Origin: Pseudogymnoascus verrucosus | Taxonomy: Eukaryota | Strand: one strand, 5' to 3' | Length of the DNA: 64,000 nt | Assembly (NCBI GenBank): GCA_001662655.1 | Contig: KV460252.1 | Shown here: in pieces, positions 25,795 to 38,855 of the stretch | Layout of the letters: the number at the start of each line of letters is the position of its first letter | How positions within the stretch are numbered: the first letter of the stretch is position 1 | Notes under the pieces: model-generated | Databases searched by the model: none | The model's input: the letters and a program-made list of their open reading frames with translations, nothing else | Told to the model about the DNA's origin: nothing | Made by a program: the position numbers and the translations under genes

Positions 25795-26192
25795 GGTGTA
25801 AGAAATATTTGTAGAGGTTCACGGTTCCATAAACATAAGTTAGAGCAGATACATAGCATCACAAAATCTCCATCATACCGTCGAATCGTCAGAAGTTTAT
25901 GGTAATGCGGGGTGAACAAGCAAGACAAAAGTGACCCACAGGGACGACACTAGCTCTGACCCCGAGACGAGGCACAATCTAGGTCGGTACGGGGAAGGCT
26001 AAACTAGATAAGGCCCTGGAAACGAACCCGCAATCGACAAAAGGCGGGGATCGACCATATCTCGGAAGTTAGTCGGCAGCTATCTATTGAACACCACTCC
26101 ATGCAGCATGGACGTAAAAGGGAGTAGAGCACGCCTGCATTTATCCTCGTTCCGACACTTCTTCATTCCGGTGTGGATATCCACGTGGAGCT

Positions 26193-28336
26193 ATGGACAC
26201 AACACGGCGTCTCGCGAGTGAGGCACCGCCTCGAAAGAAACGAAAAACCCGCGGTCGCGGGCTCCGTAAATCCACAGGATGGTAATTCATCTTCCCGCCC
26301 GAGCATCGACAGTTTAGCCCAAGCTGACATGAACGAACTAGTATTACCTGTAAACGACGTCACTTGAAGTGCGATGAAGCTACCCCAGACTGTGGACCTT
26401 GCTCAAAAAGCCGACAAGTCTGTCTATATGCAGCCTCTACTCAGATGCAAGGCTCCCTTCAAACGGGACAAGATAGTGCAGATGCAGATGCTCACAGACC
26501 CTCTACATCGCAATGGCATTCCACATACCCGGATCCTGATCGTGAGCAAGCTGCAAGTGGTTTGCTGCGATTGACCGCCGAGGCTGCAGCTGCCTCATCA
26601 TCATTGCCTGTAGATGCAATATCCCCACCGACCGACACGCCGTACTTAGAATCCTCTGTTCAAGAGCAGTTTGAAGCAGATACGGAAATAGCACTCACTC
26701 CCCCTGATGCTGCTTTCTATAGATGGTTTAACCTGCTCGCTAGTGATCTCACTTCAGAAAAGGCAGGTGGAACACGCCTTTGGACATCTTTGACAGGTGT
26801 ACCAGAGACAAGTGCGCCAGAGACGAGCGCAGTAGATACAATCGATAGTTTACATTTACCGGTATCTTCACATCAAACATCTACAGATAGTCTCTTAGTT
26901 CAGGATGTTTCTCTCCTGGCATCCCCCGCCCCGAATGTGTCCGCGTCTTTCTCATCAAGACCACCGTATACCAAACCCCCAGATCAAGATGCATGGCAAG
27001 GGTCCGAACCAGCAAAGTTATCAGATCAGGAACATGACCTTTTCGAAAATTTCGTGACTAAACTAAGTGCTTGGGTGTGTCTATCTCTGATTTTGCACCC
27101 GTTGCATAGACTAATAATTACTATTCAGATCGATCTTTATGACCCAACAAGGGGTTTTGCTATTTTAGTACCACACCTAGCAGTAAGTGGATGCCTTTGA
27201 GACAGGCTGAGACAAGCCTCTCTATCTCACTCACTAATGAACCTTAGATGCATGACGCCGGCTTAATGAATGCCATCTTGGCACTATCGGCGCGGCAACT
27301 ATCAATAAATATCAATGCCACAGAGGAGCAACGAGACCGCAATATTGGGTTGCAATACTACTACGAGACCCTCCATTACGTACAGCAAGCTATGCATTAC
27401 GATTCTTACACCGTTAGCCGTGAGCTCTTAGCAACAGCACTTATAATTTCTACATATGAAATGCTAGATGACTTTCGAAGTGGCTGGGAGCGACATTTGA
27501 AGGGTGTCTTCTGGATTCAAAGAAGTCAAGTCATCCACGGAGATTCAGGAGGGCTACAACAAGCCATATGGTGGGCGTGGCTGCGCCAGGATATATGGGC
27601 AGCCTTCCGCGAGCGTCGCAAGACCCTGAGTTTCTGGACTCCGGCAAAGCCCTATACTGCTATGACTTCTTATGAAGTGGCTACTCGGATTTTATGGATA
27701 TTCGCAAAGGTTGTCGACTATTGCTCGGAAGAAGCAATCCAAGCTGGCGAAGGAAATCTGCAATTGAGAATAGACAAGGCAGGAAGCATATTTGAAATGC
27801 TAGATGAGTGGCAGAATAATCTCTCGGTTGAGTTTGCCCCTTTAGCTGGAAGGAAGGGCAACCCATCTGATGTTTTTGAACCGATCTGGATACATCCGCC
27901 AGCGTTCGGTAAGCTGCTCAATTTAACCACTGTATATCCGCTGACCTGTAATAAAGGCAATTCTATCCAGGTCCATTGTGCTGGTCGTATTCTTATCCTC
28001 CTCCATAAACCTTCTCTTAAAGGTATGCGGGAATACATGGCAAATCAGAAGCTATTAGCAAAGGCCGCCGAGACTGTCTGTGGGATTGCCATGACTTTGA
28101 CTGATGCTGCCTCGAGCCTGGTGTCGTCTCAATGCTTGTACATTGGTATGTGGAATTTATATCCAGACAGGCTGCATATGCTAAAATTAGTTATAGCTGG
28201 ATTATGTATTCAAGACTCTCGGCAGAGGGAGGCTGTCATATCTCTCATTGATGCCTGCCACCGAAGGACGGGTTGGCCGACTCGGTCTCTAAGTCATGAT
28301 CTCAGAGAAGAATGGCAGCAGTCAGATGTCGAGTGA
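26193..28336 (+). CDS. Zn(II)2Cys6 transcription factor (Fungal_trans_2-type C-terminal domain), likely regulator of cluster 1
   Basis: After intron ~26282-26341: CITCKRRHLKCDEATPDCGPCSKSRQVC; C-terminal LMNAILALSA, W..HLKGVFWI and AIWWAWLRQD. Confidence 0.92.
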
Positions 28337-28797
28337 TTTAACCTCTTCTGGACACTAAAGGTTTACAGTATGTACGCTTATGAATTATGAGTTACGAATT
28401 GTAAAGATGGGCATAATCTATAGCTTATGATGTATAACAAATATGATTTATCTGGATGAAGTAATTCGCCATTCTTTCTTCCTGGGACCAATCCCGAGAT
28501 ACTTAAATGCCTATGGGTCAAAACCAAACCTTATATGCCCCATAGTTATCCGTAGCCATTAATAGCATCAGATCGGAATCTAACCTGCCGAATTACATCG
28601 CGGGGTTAGTGACGCAACAGGTGACCATTACCCGAGGGACGCGTCTCGAGGCTACCACCGATAACCGGACTATAGTAATCCGTCTAGTTCAGCATCAACA
28701 AAACAGTTATGTATGAACTAAAAAAGGCTTCTGCCTTCCTTGTCCCCAAAACAATATTTTCCAGCACATCTTTTATATTCCACTACCTTTAGCAACT

Positions 28798-29745
28798 ATG
28801 GCTCCTCCGCCTGACTGGAAATTATCAAACAAGAGCAATGTAGTGCTCACCGCCGCCGAAAAGGGCAAATATGGCGTTATAGCAGCTATAGCATACAACA
28901 TCGAACATATCATCGGCTTCATAAAAGCGGCGGAGGTCGCCAAATCACCTATCATCATTCAATTTTTCCCCTGGGCGGTGACATATTCTTCTGGATTACT
29001 CATTCGAACCGCTGCAGACGCCATATCTCGCTCGCCCTTACGAGACCATATTGTATTACATATGGACCATGCCCAGGATTACAACTTGATCAAAGAATGC
29101 GCCGACAATTTGCCGTTCGATAGTATAATGGTTGATATGAGCCACTATGAAAAAGAAGAAAATCTGCGCAAAACACGCGAGTTGGTGGCCTATTGTCAGG
29201 AGAAGTGCATAGCGACTGAAGCCGAGCCTGGTCGTATAGAAGGAGGGGAAGACGGCGTCGTGGACACGGAAGGTTTGGAGGGAAGCAAAACTACTCCTGA
29301 GGAGGTCGACGAGTTTGTAGATACAGGAGTTGATGCTCTTGCGCCGGCGTTTGGGAACATGCATGGAGAGTATTGGAGTATTGGGCCACAATTGGATTTC
29401 CTTCGGTAAGTAACAACCGTCCAAGCTGCGTGATTATCTACACTGCTAACGCTTTGGTCCTCCTCTTTCAGCCTTGGCCAGATCCGCAAAAACATTAGTA
29501 GCAGAGTTCGAATTGCTCTGCACGGTACCAATGGCTTCCAGGAAGATCTATTGAAGAAATGTATCGCGGAGGGATGTTCTAAGATTAACGTGAACCGACT
29601 CGTTCTGGATGATTACTACGACCACCTAAAAGCAAATGCGCCTACCATGTCACAGACGCAGCTTATGACCGAGGGGACGCAAAAGGTAGTCGACCTCACA
29701 GTGAAGTGGATGGAAATCTGTGGTAGCGCCGGGAAAGCAGTTTAA
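28798..29745 (+). CDS. Class II (Zn) ketose-bisphosphate aldolase, second non-glycolytic type (2 exons)
   Basis: LHMDH, FDSIMVDMS, EAEPGRIEGGEDG, AFGNMHG, ALHGT and SKINVN; intron ~29406-29471. Confidence 0.92.
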
Positions 29746-30601
29746 TGATACATTATCAGAAGTTATAAAAGCATACATACAATTGAAGCCTTCGAACTTT
29801 TGAATGGCACGAGAACATATCATGTTTTATCACGAGACGAATGAAATTGGTGCCAATCACACCCGAATCTTCTCAGTTTTGGGTCAGTTAGTAACAACCA
29901 TCCGAACCATCCGCTTCCAAATCCACGTTCTATAGCTATAGGTACTTTGCCTACTCGAGTGCCGTGGATTTACGTACGTAACAGGCAAGGTTCAGGCATG
30001 TCCCTCGGGCCCACTTCGGCCGGACCCTCATCCTATCCCCGTGGGCTCTTCTTTCACCTCCACACGGCCCGAAAGAGGCGTTTTAAGCTTCTGGCTCACC
30101 TCTGTACGGTTTCATGCAGATCACGGCGATGAAAAATGTCTTCGGCGCCTTGTTTATAGTTGTTGGTCTGGCATTCTCAGTGTTTATAAGTGATAATTGT
30201 ACTTGTTAACGTACCGGTTAACGGGCCGATTGCCCCAGGTAACTTTGAAACAACCCCGTACCTGTCTCCTTGGCTGGGGTCTAAATACGTGTCTATTATT
30301 GGCTTTTATTAGAGTGGCATTTCACGGAAGGATTCATGCGAATATTTGTCGCGGGGTTATGCTTAATGGGCTTAAGCGCAACTATTCCACTAATTAAGAC
30401 ATCGGCCCTTTGCTGCTTATATTTTTGTAGATCCTTACTACTGTTACTATATCCACAGTTGTCAAATAGCTTAACAAAGAGTTTATATATTTGACGATGG
30501 AGGCGTTTTGAGGGGATGATCCCTCACTCCATTCCGAAGGGGGTGGAAAACTATTGCCACTTGGGTACGATTACACGTCTACTTACGCTAAGAACGTCAA
30601 C

Positions 30602-32105
30602 ATGAAAGCCTCAATAAAGATATGCTTGGCCGCCGTGCTTTCTACATCAAGCTGGTGGTCTCATTCGATGGTAGACGCCAAATCGGTGTTTGCCCACTAC
30701 ATGGTATGCCTCCTTGAAGTCAAAACAATTAGAGCATCCATGTTTGCATTTATGGAGTTAAGTGGCGGCTAACAAGACAGCTTTCAACTCTCGATCCGAA
30801 TACTGATCACGCCAAGCAAGATATTGACCAGGCCATAGCAGTGGGACTCGACGCATTTGCAGTCAATGTTGGAGCTCCAGGGGCAGATTTTTCGAAGAAC
30901 ACCCTGCGGCAGTTGTTTGATTACGCGAGAGACAAGCCATTCAAGCTATTTCTCAGTTTCGATTTTTATGCAGCCGGCGACATAGGAGCACATCAGGAGT
31001 TTTTCAACCTGTGGAGAAACGAGGCTGCGTATTTGAATTATGGGCCTCAAAACCTCCCAGTGGTTTCCTCGTTCAGTGGAGGCTCACTCGGCCCGGATGT
31101 GTGGCGAAACTTCAAGGAAACAAACAATGTCTACTTGCTTCCCAATCTAGAGGGCGACGCGGATTACTACAACAATCCCACAGCATTTTTCCAGAAATGG
31201 GGCAATGCAATTGATGGTGTCTTCTCCTGGGAAACGGCTTGGCCCGACGCTTCGAATACCCCAGTGAATGTGACCTCTGAGAAGGACGTTGCAGTTAAGA
31301 ATGCAGCGGATAGGGCAGGGAAGTCTTACATGATGGGTAAGAAGAGTTGTCTCTAAATTCAGACGAGCAAAACCGATGATGTTCTAACATATGGCAGGAT
31401 TATCTTCACTGCAGTACAAGCACTGCTGTGGCGATTCTTGGTATCGTTCTGGCGAGACCAACCTCCCTGAACGAATGACACAGATCCTCTCCTTAAAACC
31501 TGAACTAACTGAGGTCATGACCTGGGTAAGTAGCTTAACTTTTTCTACATTTATTCAGCTAGTTAACTCAACATTAGAATGATGCCGGTGAAAGCCACTA
31601 TATCGGCCAATGCTGGCCTGAAGGGCTCCCTGAAGAAATCCTCCAATACGGAAACTCGGAGACCTATCCTCATGACGGATGGCAGCCCTTAATCACCTCA
31701 TTCATCAATGCGTTCAAAAACGGCGAAGAAGCCAGCCAGATGAAGCCCAGTGGTGATAGTCCAATTGGCGCCCTGTGGTACCGAGGCGTCATGGCTCCCT
31801 GTGACACCGGACTGCGAGGCTCAGGGGCGGCAATAAATTCCGTCAACTATGCCGTTGTCCTTCCTCCGACAACTCAAGGGGCGCGCATTCAAGTCTCCAG
31901 TGGTGGTCAGGTATTAAGCAATGTTCCGGCCCACGAAGGCTTAAATTACAACGCAATCGGTGGCATGGTGACCGGCCCACAGAAACTCGAGATTTTGGAT
32001 CAGAGTGGCGCTGTTATTGCTTCAGCGTCTAGCAAAGTGGATGTTTCAAATGGTCCACAGGGCGGTTTCTGCAACTTCAATTACTACGTGGCTGGCATTC
32101 AGTAA
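30602..32105 (+). CDS. GH71 alpha-1,3-glucanase (mutanase), secreted (4 exons)
   Basis: Signal peptide, KSVFAHYM, GLDAFAVN, FKLFLSFD, DGVFSWE, TWNDAGESHYIG, YPHDGW and CNFNYYV. Confidence 0.92.
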
Positions 32106-32670
32106 GAATCTGCTTACGACCACGACTTATTCAAGCTGAAGTCCCAAATCGTCAAACCCCGACAGCGACCGGCATGAACAGTCTGAGGAGGTAATTTGTG
32201 TTAGCTCTCCAGTAAAAATTAAAGTGTATCTGCAGAGTAAATATTATGTCTAGGGAGTTACGATAATTTATTGAAACTCCACGCAGTGCTTACTCTCCTA
32301 ACTATCTGAGTTTTTGTTGTGTGGGTGAAGCTGTTTCGAACATAAATATACCACCTTCCTAATATCGATGATCTACCTGTGATAGTTGACGAGGATAGAA
32401 CGCGGGCTCATGATTCGTCAATTTGGACCTGGTCTTGCGTGCTCAACAGTGCATCCCTGGCCGACGCCGTCGTGCTTAGCTAACATGTGGAGAAAAACTA
32501 AAAATGTCACTTTGAAGGATTTGAGTCCATTTTGCTGAAACTGTATAGTAAAAATAAAAAAATTCCCTTGACTGGAGCGATCCGTAAATTCGCACAACCG
32601 TGCTGCCCTGCTTATCCCTCGTTTCGCCTCCGCTGAGCCGTTGTTAGGGGTATTTCCAGTACGGTCCATC

Positions 32671-34159
32671 ATGGAAGCTGGCAAGGAGTTGAGCGAGGAT
32701 ACCACAGAATCAAAGGACACAGAGAGGTGTACGGAGGCTGAATGCAGCCAGGAAACAGATAACGGTCTCGATGGAGGGTTTGCAGCGTGGTCTGTGGTAT
32801 TTGGCGCATGGTGCTGCCTTTTCTGCGCATTTGGTTGGGTTAACGGTATGACTACAGCCTTATTGAAGATCTATGTGTGACGAATCCCTAACAAAATTGG
32901 AATCTCATAGCTAGTGGTAATTTCCAAGAGTATTATGAGACTCATCAGTTACGCGACTATTCTTCTTCTAGTATTTCATGGATCCTTTCACTGGAGCCTT
33001 CTGTTCTCTTCGCCACTGGACTCGTTGTTGGCAAGGTGAGTGTTACGCATCCCTATATATGGCCACACGAATAAGCTGAGACCCAAATAGGTATTTGACA
33101 ATTATGGGCCTCGGTGGCTCCTTATCACGGGAACATTCCTACATGTGTTTGGTCTAATGATGACTTCGGTCTCCTCTGAGTACTATCAATTTGTACTGGC
33201 CCAAGGCATCTGTAGCCCCCTTGGAGCGAGCTTTGTTTTCTACGCCGGGCTCTCTTGCACAGCCACCTGGTTCCAGGAGCGCCGCGCCCTTGCCTTCGGA
33301 ATCGTGGCGAGCGGCTCGTCTCTGGGTGGAATTGTGTTTCCGATCTTGTTAACCCGACTGCTGCCAACGGTGGGATTCGGATGGTCGTTGCGCATCTCAG
33401 GGTTTGTGATTCTGGCTCTGCTTATCATAGCCAACCTGATGGTTCGCTCGAGGATCAAGCCCGTTCCAAGGCCCTTTACCATCAACGACTACACTGACCC
33501 CTTCTCAGAGCCAACATTTGTACTACTCATGTTGTCAGTAACCTGTGGATTCTTTGCCATGTTTATTCCAATCAACTACATCGTGCTTGAGGCAGTGAAG
33601 AATGGTATAGACGCCAACTTGTCGGGCTACTTACTTGCAATTCTAAACGCCGGAAGGTATGATCTACTCGTTCTGATTTTACAATCCGTTCAACGCTGAC
33701 CTGTTGGACAGTTTGCCAGGCCGTATCCTACCAGGATACTACGGAGACAAGCTTGGTCGATTTAACGTTATGATTGCCATGTGCGCCTTTTCAGCACTAA
33801 TATTGCTTGTCATGTGGCTCCCTGGAACTCTGGTTGCTCCCCGCTCCGCAGCCGTGTACGTCGTCACCAGTCTACTATACGGCTTTGCGTCGGGAGCATT
33901 TGTAGGGATGGTGCCGGCGCTACTAGGCCAGATCTCTCCCGACATAACGAAGATCGGTGTGCGGCAGGGGGTCCTCTTCACGTGTATCAGCGTCGCGACA
34001 CTAACAGGAAGTCCTATTGCCGGGGCAATCCTCAGTCAGCAACACGGGGCCTTTTGGGGACTGCAGGTCTTTGCGGGTGTAATGATGGTAGCCTGTGTTC
34101 TGTTTCTGATTCTCGCGCGGATAACGCTAGTCGGCTGTGCTTTGAGGGTCAAGGTGTAG
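32671..34159 (+). CDS. MFS monocarboxylate-transporter-like protein (Mch/Mct family)
   Basis: DGGFAAWSVVFGAWCCLF, FDNYGPR, WFQERRALAFGIVASGSSLGG and GDKLGRFN. Confidence 0.9.
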
Positions 34160-34582
34160 ACCATTAAGCTGGGCTATCAAAGGAGTAAAAATGGCCATAC
34201 GGGAAGAGGCACAGGTCTTAAAGACAAGTGTGCTATAGGTTTAGGCGGTGTCCTCTGTGCATACTGTGTAATATGTATTATGATCCTTGCCTGATCTTAG
34301 CTGAGGATCGATATCAGCCATTTAACCTGATAGACTTTTGAACGGCAGCATAACACATGATGTTTTATTACCAGGCGAATGAAATTGGCGCCAATCGACC
34401 CGAATGTTGGCAAAACTGCCTCCCAAATAACTTCCAGCAATCACAGGATGGGCTAGCTCGCTCAATATGAAACTCATTTCCGCTCTACCGTTCACCAGAC
34501 GTCTATCGCCACGCCTTTTACATCGCAAAGGAAATCTTGTTTAGAACGTCCATCGCTACAAAGCAATGCCAATGAAATACGC

Positions 34583-36379
34583 TCATCGGCCGATGTACTT
34601 AATCTCAACTGTTCTCAGAAGAGGGTAGGATATTAGCACGGAGATCAATGTAAGCTCATCGCCTACGTCTCCGCCATATAGGCCAATCTTCTTCGCAACT
34701 GGAGCGATGTACTAAAATAACATTAGTGGACTAGTATATCAGGAAAAGCAAACGACCAACCCAGGTCTGAGCCATCCCCAGGAAAGAAAATCCAATTCCA
34801 ATGAGGAGGGACCCCGTTCCAGCGAGACCCCAAGGCATACGCTTCTGGTCCTGCCAAGCACTCAAGTCGTAACCCCCAAGACGTGGGCGAAACCAGAAAT
34901 GCTCGATGAACAATATCAAGGCAAATGCAAGGGTCCAATAACCTAGTATGGACAGAAGATTGTTAATAATATCTTCAAGAACGTTACGGCCACCGTACGC
35001 AAGGGCGAAGGTAGCGGCAGACAGGAGTGTACACCAAACGAAACGAGGGACAGCGATAAAGTGCTTCCCAAGCAGTTGCATCGAAAGAGCGCTGGAGTAG
35101 ATGTTGACAATGACGTTGCCCACTGTCTGTGATTAGATCGTGCGTTATCAGGTGCTGTTAGAGGCGCACTCACAGAACGACAGGGCGAAAACTATGCACG
35201 CAAACTTTCCCCATGCCTCTGGAGGTGACATGATTGTGAGGATAAGGGCGCCTACACCGTTCTCGTGATAGATGGCAGCGAGATCGTGGTTTGCGGCAAT
35301 AATGCCTCCAAAGCAATTACCCAAGATCCCGACAAAGATAGTTGGAATCAGTAGGCCAAAGTATGTGAGTCCGAACACCAGCCATTTGCTGGTGTTAACA
35401 GGATAATGGACATAATAATCGCCAACAATAGGGCACCATGAACTGCATACTCCAAAGATGATGGCAAAGTAGGATAAACAGCCCCCGCTGTAGTCCAGTC
35501 CGACGGCTAAGTTAAAGCCGGGGGTTGGGGTAAAGTGTTTAGATGCCTGTCCGTATAGGACGCACATTAATATCGCGGCAAATATCCACGCATATCGCTC
35601 ATAGTTGTGGATAATAGCGATGCCGAAAAACGAGACAACGAAAGAAATGATGACGATGATGACTATCCCGACAGCAAGGGAAAGACTGCCACCAGATACT
35701 GCACGCAATAATTCACCTCCAAGGATGCTGGAAATAGTCGCATAGCCAATGTTAACAATGATGTTGAGTATACTACACAATTTAGCTCCCCAGATACCCA
35801 AAGAGTAACGAGCTACTGCGATTTGGCGCAAACCCGTGGGCGGACAAAGCGTGGCAGTAAACGCCGGGATAGTGGATCCAATCACTGTTGCAAATATAGT
35901 GAGGATGATTGATGTGTTGACCGAGAGGCCAAATATGGGTCCCAACATGCCGATCTGGATAAGAACGGGGCTGCAGAGCAGGGAAAACCAAAACAGCATC
36001 ATCTGCTCGACAGTCAGACACAGTTTCCAAGATAACAGCCCAAGGACTCATCCTGCTTCACTGAAGAGGTTCATCGGAGAGTTCTTGGATACGAGACGAA
36101 TGTGGGATAATTTACATTGAGTTTCTGGGGAGGACTCCGTTTGTCGTCGGGAATGCGCTCCACCCCCATGGCTTCGAATTTCGTGCGCCCATCTATGCGC
36201 TTCTCAACGTTGACGAGGAATCGTAGGATGGCATTTCCCTCGCGAATGGTGCGAACTTGCGCATCGTCTAAATTCTCAGGGGGGGTAATGTTCCTATCGC
36301 TAGATGTGCCGGCAGAGTCATCATCTATTTGCTCGTGGCCGGCCTGGTTCTGCTTCTCAACGTCCATTGAAGTCGCCAT
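34583..36379 (-). CDS. NCS1 purine-cytosine permease family (Fcy2/Tpn1-like), multi-exon
   Basis: EAMGVERIP, TGLRQIAVARYSLG, YERYAW, DYYVHYP, NIYSSALS, LSILGYW and W-YIAPVAKKIG. Confidence 0.9.
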
Positions 36380-37189
36380 GACAGTGAAAGGTTCCGTAAG
36401 GAAAATGGAGACACGATAATCGTACAGGAGATGGTGTTAGTGATGAGAAGGGAGAATGGAACAAAAGGAAAAGAAGGGAAAAGAAACAGCTGAGTCGCCC
36501 ACAAAATTACACCCTGGTGCCAAAGAGAGACAGGGTGACACTAATGCACACACAAATGGTTGACAGTACCGTTTTGGATTCAAATGCATGCCTGCAGCTG
36601 CATTGTAGGATTACAGGCGTTGTTATATCTGACTTTGGTTGATCATTGAATCCGCCTGCTCGCTTCTTCGCCGGCCCCGCTACTCACCGGAATTGTTCGG
36701 GGATAAGCTCGCGGAACACATAATATTATCTACGCCATTTAAACGGCAGATAATGTTCAAATCGTGCTTATAGAGGTGTCGTATTCCGAATCTATGATCG
36801 GCGTAGTTTATCGTGGACATGCGGGTAAGGCGGCGGGGCCGAGTAACGATGTACTTCGTAAGTGGGCGGGTTTTCATACTTATCAGTAGCAAACATCCAC
36901 AGTTACAGTAGGGCCCGAATCTAGCGTTTACCTCCATACACTTAGTTTCAGATAAGTTCGCCGCTCCCAGCTTATCTAGCTTGCACAACTTCATGTTATA
37001 GACTGGGATAATGAGTTTTCGGCCTTGAACTTTCAGGGGCTAGAACCACGGAAGCCCCTCATCCATCCGCACTAGCGCCCGTTTCTACTCCGCTCGTCGC
37101 GCTAGATATAGTGTCAACGACAACAACATCCACAGCTGCGTCGTATTGTCTATTGTTTGAGCGATCAGGACACTAAAACATACAGCACA

Positions 37190-38855
37190 ATGCGTCAGAA
37201 TACGGTTCAACGTTCACACCATGGATGCGCTAGATGTAAAAGGCGGCGACAGAAATGCGACGAGTTACGGCCCGGTTGCGGCCGATGCATGGAGGCAGGC
37301 AGTGAGTGCAGCTATGCTAAGACGTTAAAGTGGTTAGTGGCTCCTCGGAGTGTGGGAAAGAAAAAGAAAGAATTAAACACAGGTAAGCAATGTTGTGGTG
37401 GTATAACGCAATATGGGTCTATTCATAAGTGCTCACTAACAGCTTTACTTTCACCAGAGCACTCAGAGGCTATAGCACCAATTACCCCAGGAGCGACAGA
37501 GACAGGACCATTAATTTGTTTAAACCCTCCAAGGCAAGGGTATGGGGTAGCGCCAATTGGAACGATGCTGAGTAAAGAAATCGATGCACTGTCATGGTTA
37601 CCTTTATCCAGTCGTTCGTTGCTTCACCATTTCGTGAACAAGGCATCTCACATTACAGCTTGTCACGCCCATATTCAGACAAGAATATGCCGTCTTATCG
37701 TTCCCATGGCACTCCAGACACCGTCCTTACTCTATGCCACAATGGCACTGTCTGCATTACACCGTTCAACGCTCATAGATGGCATGCCGATGAATTTCGA
37801 TCTCGATGAACTCGTGTCATCGTTCATGGCATCGAGCCTCCAAAACCTTCGTCACGAACTCCAGGCAAAGGAGGGAGTCTCGAAGTACGCTCTTTTGGCA
37901 ACTATCAGAACACTCTGTGTGTGCGAGATTCATTCTGGCAGAGCAGATGCCAGGTCATGGCGTGTCCATGTTGAAGGTGCGATAGCATTGTTAGGAACAA
38001 CAAGGGCAATATCGGGTGTTGGTCCTGTCGACGATGGCGAGTCACAATGGCTCATAGGCAGCTGGTATGCGTCTATTGAGTCTCTAATGGCGCTTACCAC
38101 CCGTCGTGGCCTACCAGGACCTCAAATAGACCAGCTTGGCCCAAGAGTATTGTTACGCGAGACACAAGCAGAAAATCGATATTTAGATATATACAGCGCT
38201 TACTCAACAGACCTCAATGATACCTTTAAAAGGATTAGAGCAGCCGCCTGGGAACGTCAGCAGCTAAATGCCAATGCGGACATCACCATTGAGCCATCAA
38301 ACCGGGATCTAGACGAAGAAGCAGATAGGCTGGAAAGTTCAATTCGAGCTATGATCGGAAATTCATCCTTCCGACCAAACGATCTACAAGTCCTTTCGCA
38401 GCACGAAGCACAACAGTTCCAGGCATGTAACGAAACCTATTATCACACTGCTCTCATTCATGTTCTACGACGTGTAAGGCAGCTTCCTCGATCGGATTTA
38501 CGTGTCCAGGCATCCGTGAAACGAATCATTGAATGCTGCCTCCAGATCACACCTGCGGATGGACTATCCCCTTGGGTGATGTTGACTACGCCCCTCTTTA
38601 CGGCGGGCTGCGAGGCACTTGGAGAAGACCGTGCTATGGTTCGACAATTACTTCAAAGCATGTATGACTCGCTCAGGATCCGAAACATTCAACGATCACT
38701 TGGGATACTGGAAACGAGCTGGAGTAACACAGAGGATAACGATGACTGGGACAGTCTTCTTGGTGAGAAATTCGTGCACGGTTCTCTGCCACAACTTTAT
38801 ATGATATCTAACTCCATGTGAAGGTCAAGATGATATTGATTTCATCCCTTATTGA
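37190..38855 (+). CDS. Zn(II)2Cys6 transcription factor (Fungal_trans_2-type), likely regulator of cluster 2
   Basis: RSHHGCARCKRRRQKCDELRPGCGRCMEAGSEC, WRVHVEGA and TPLFTAGCE; short last exon DFIPY* after intron 38762-38823. Confidence 0.92.
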
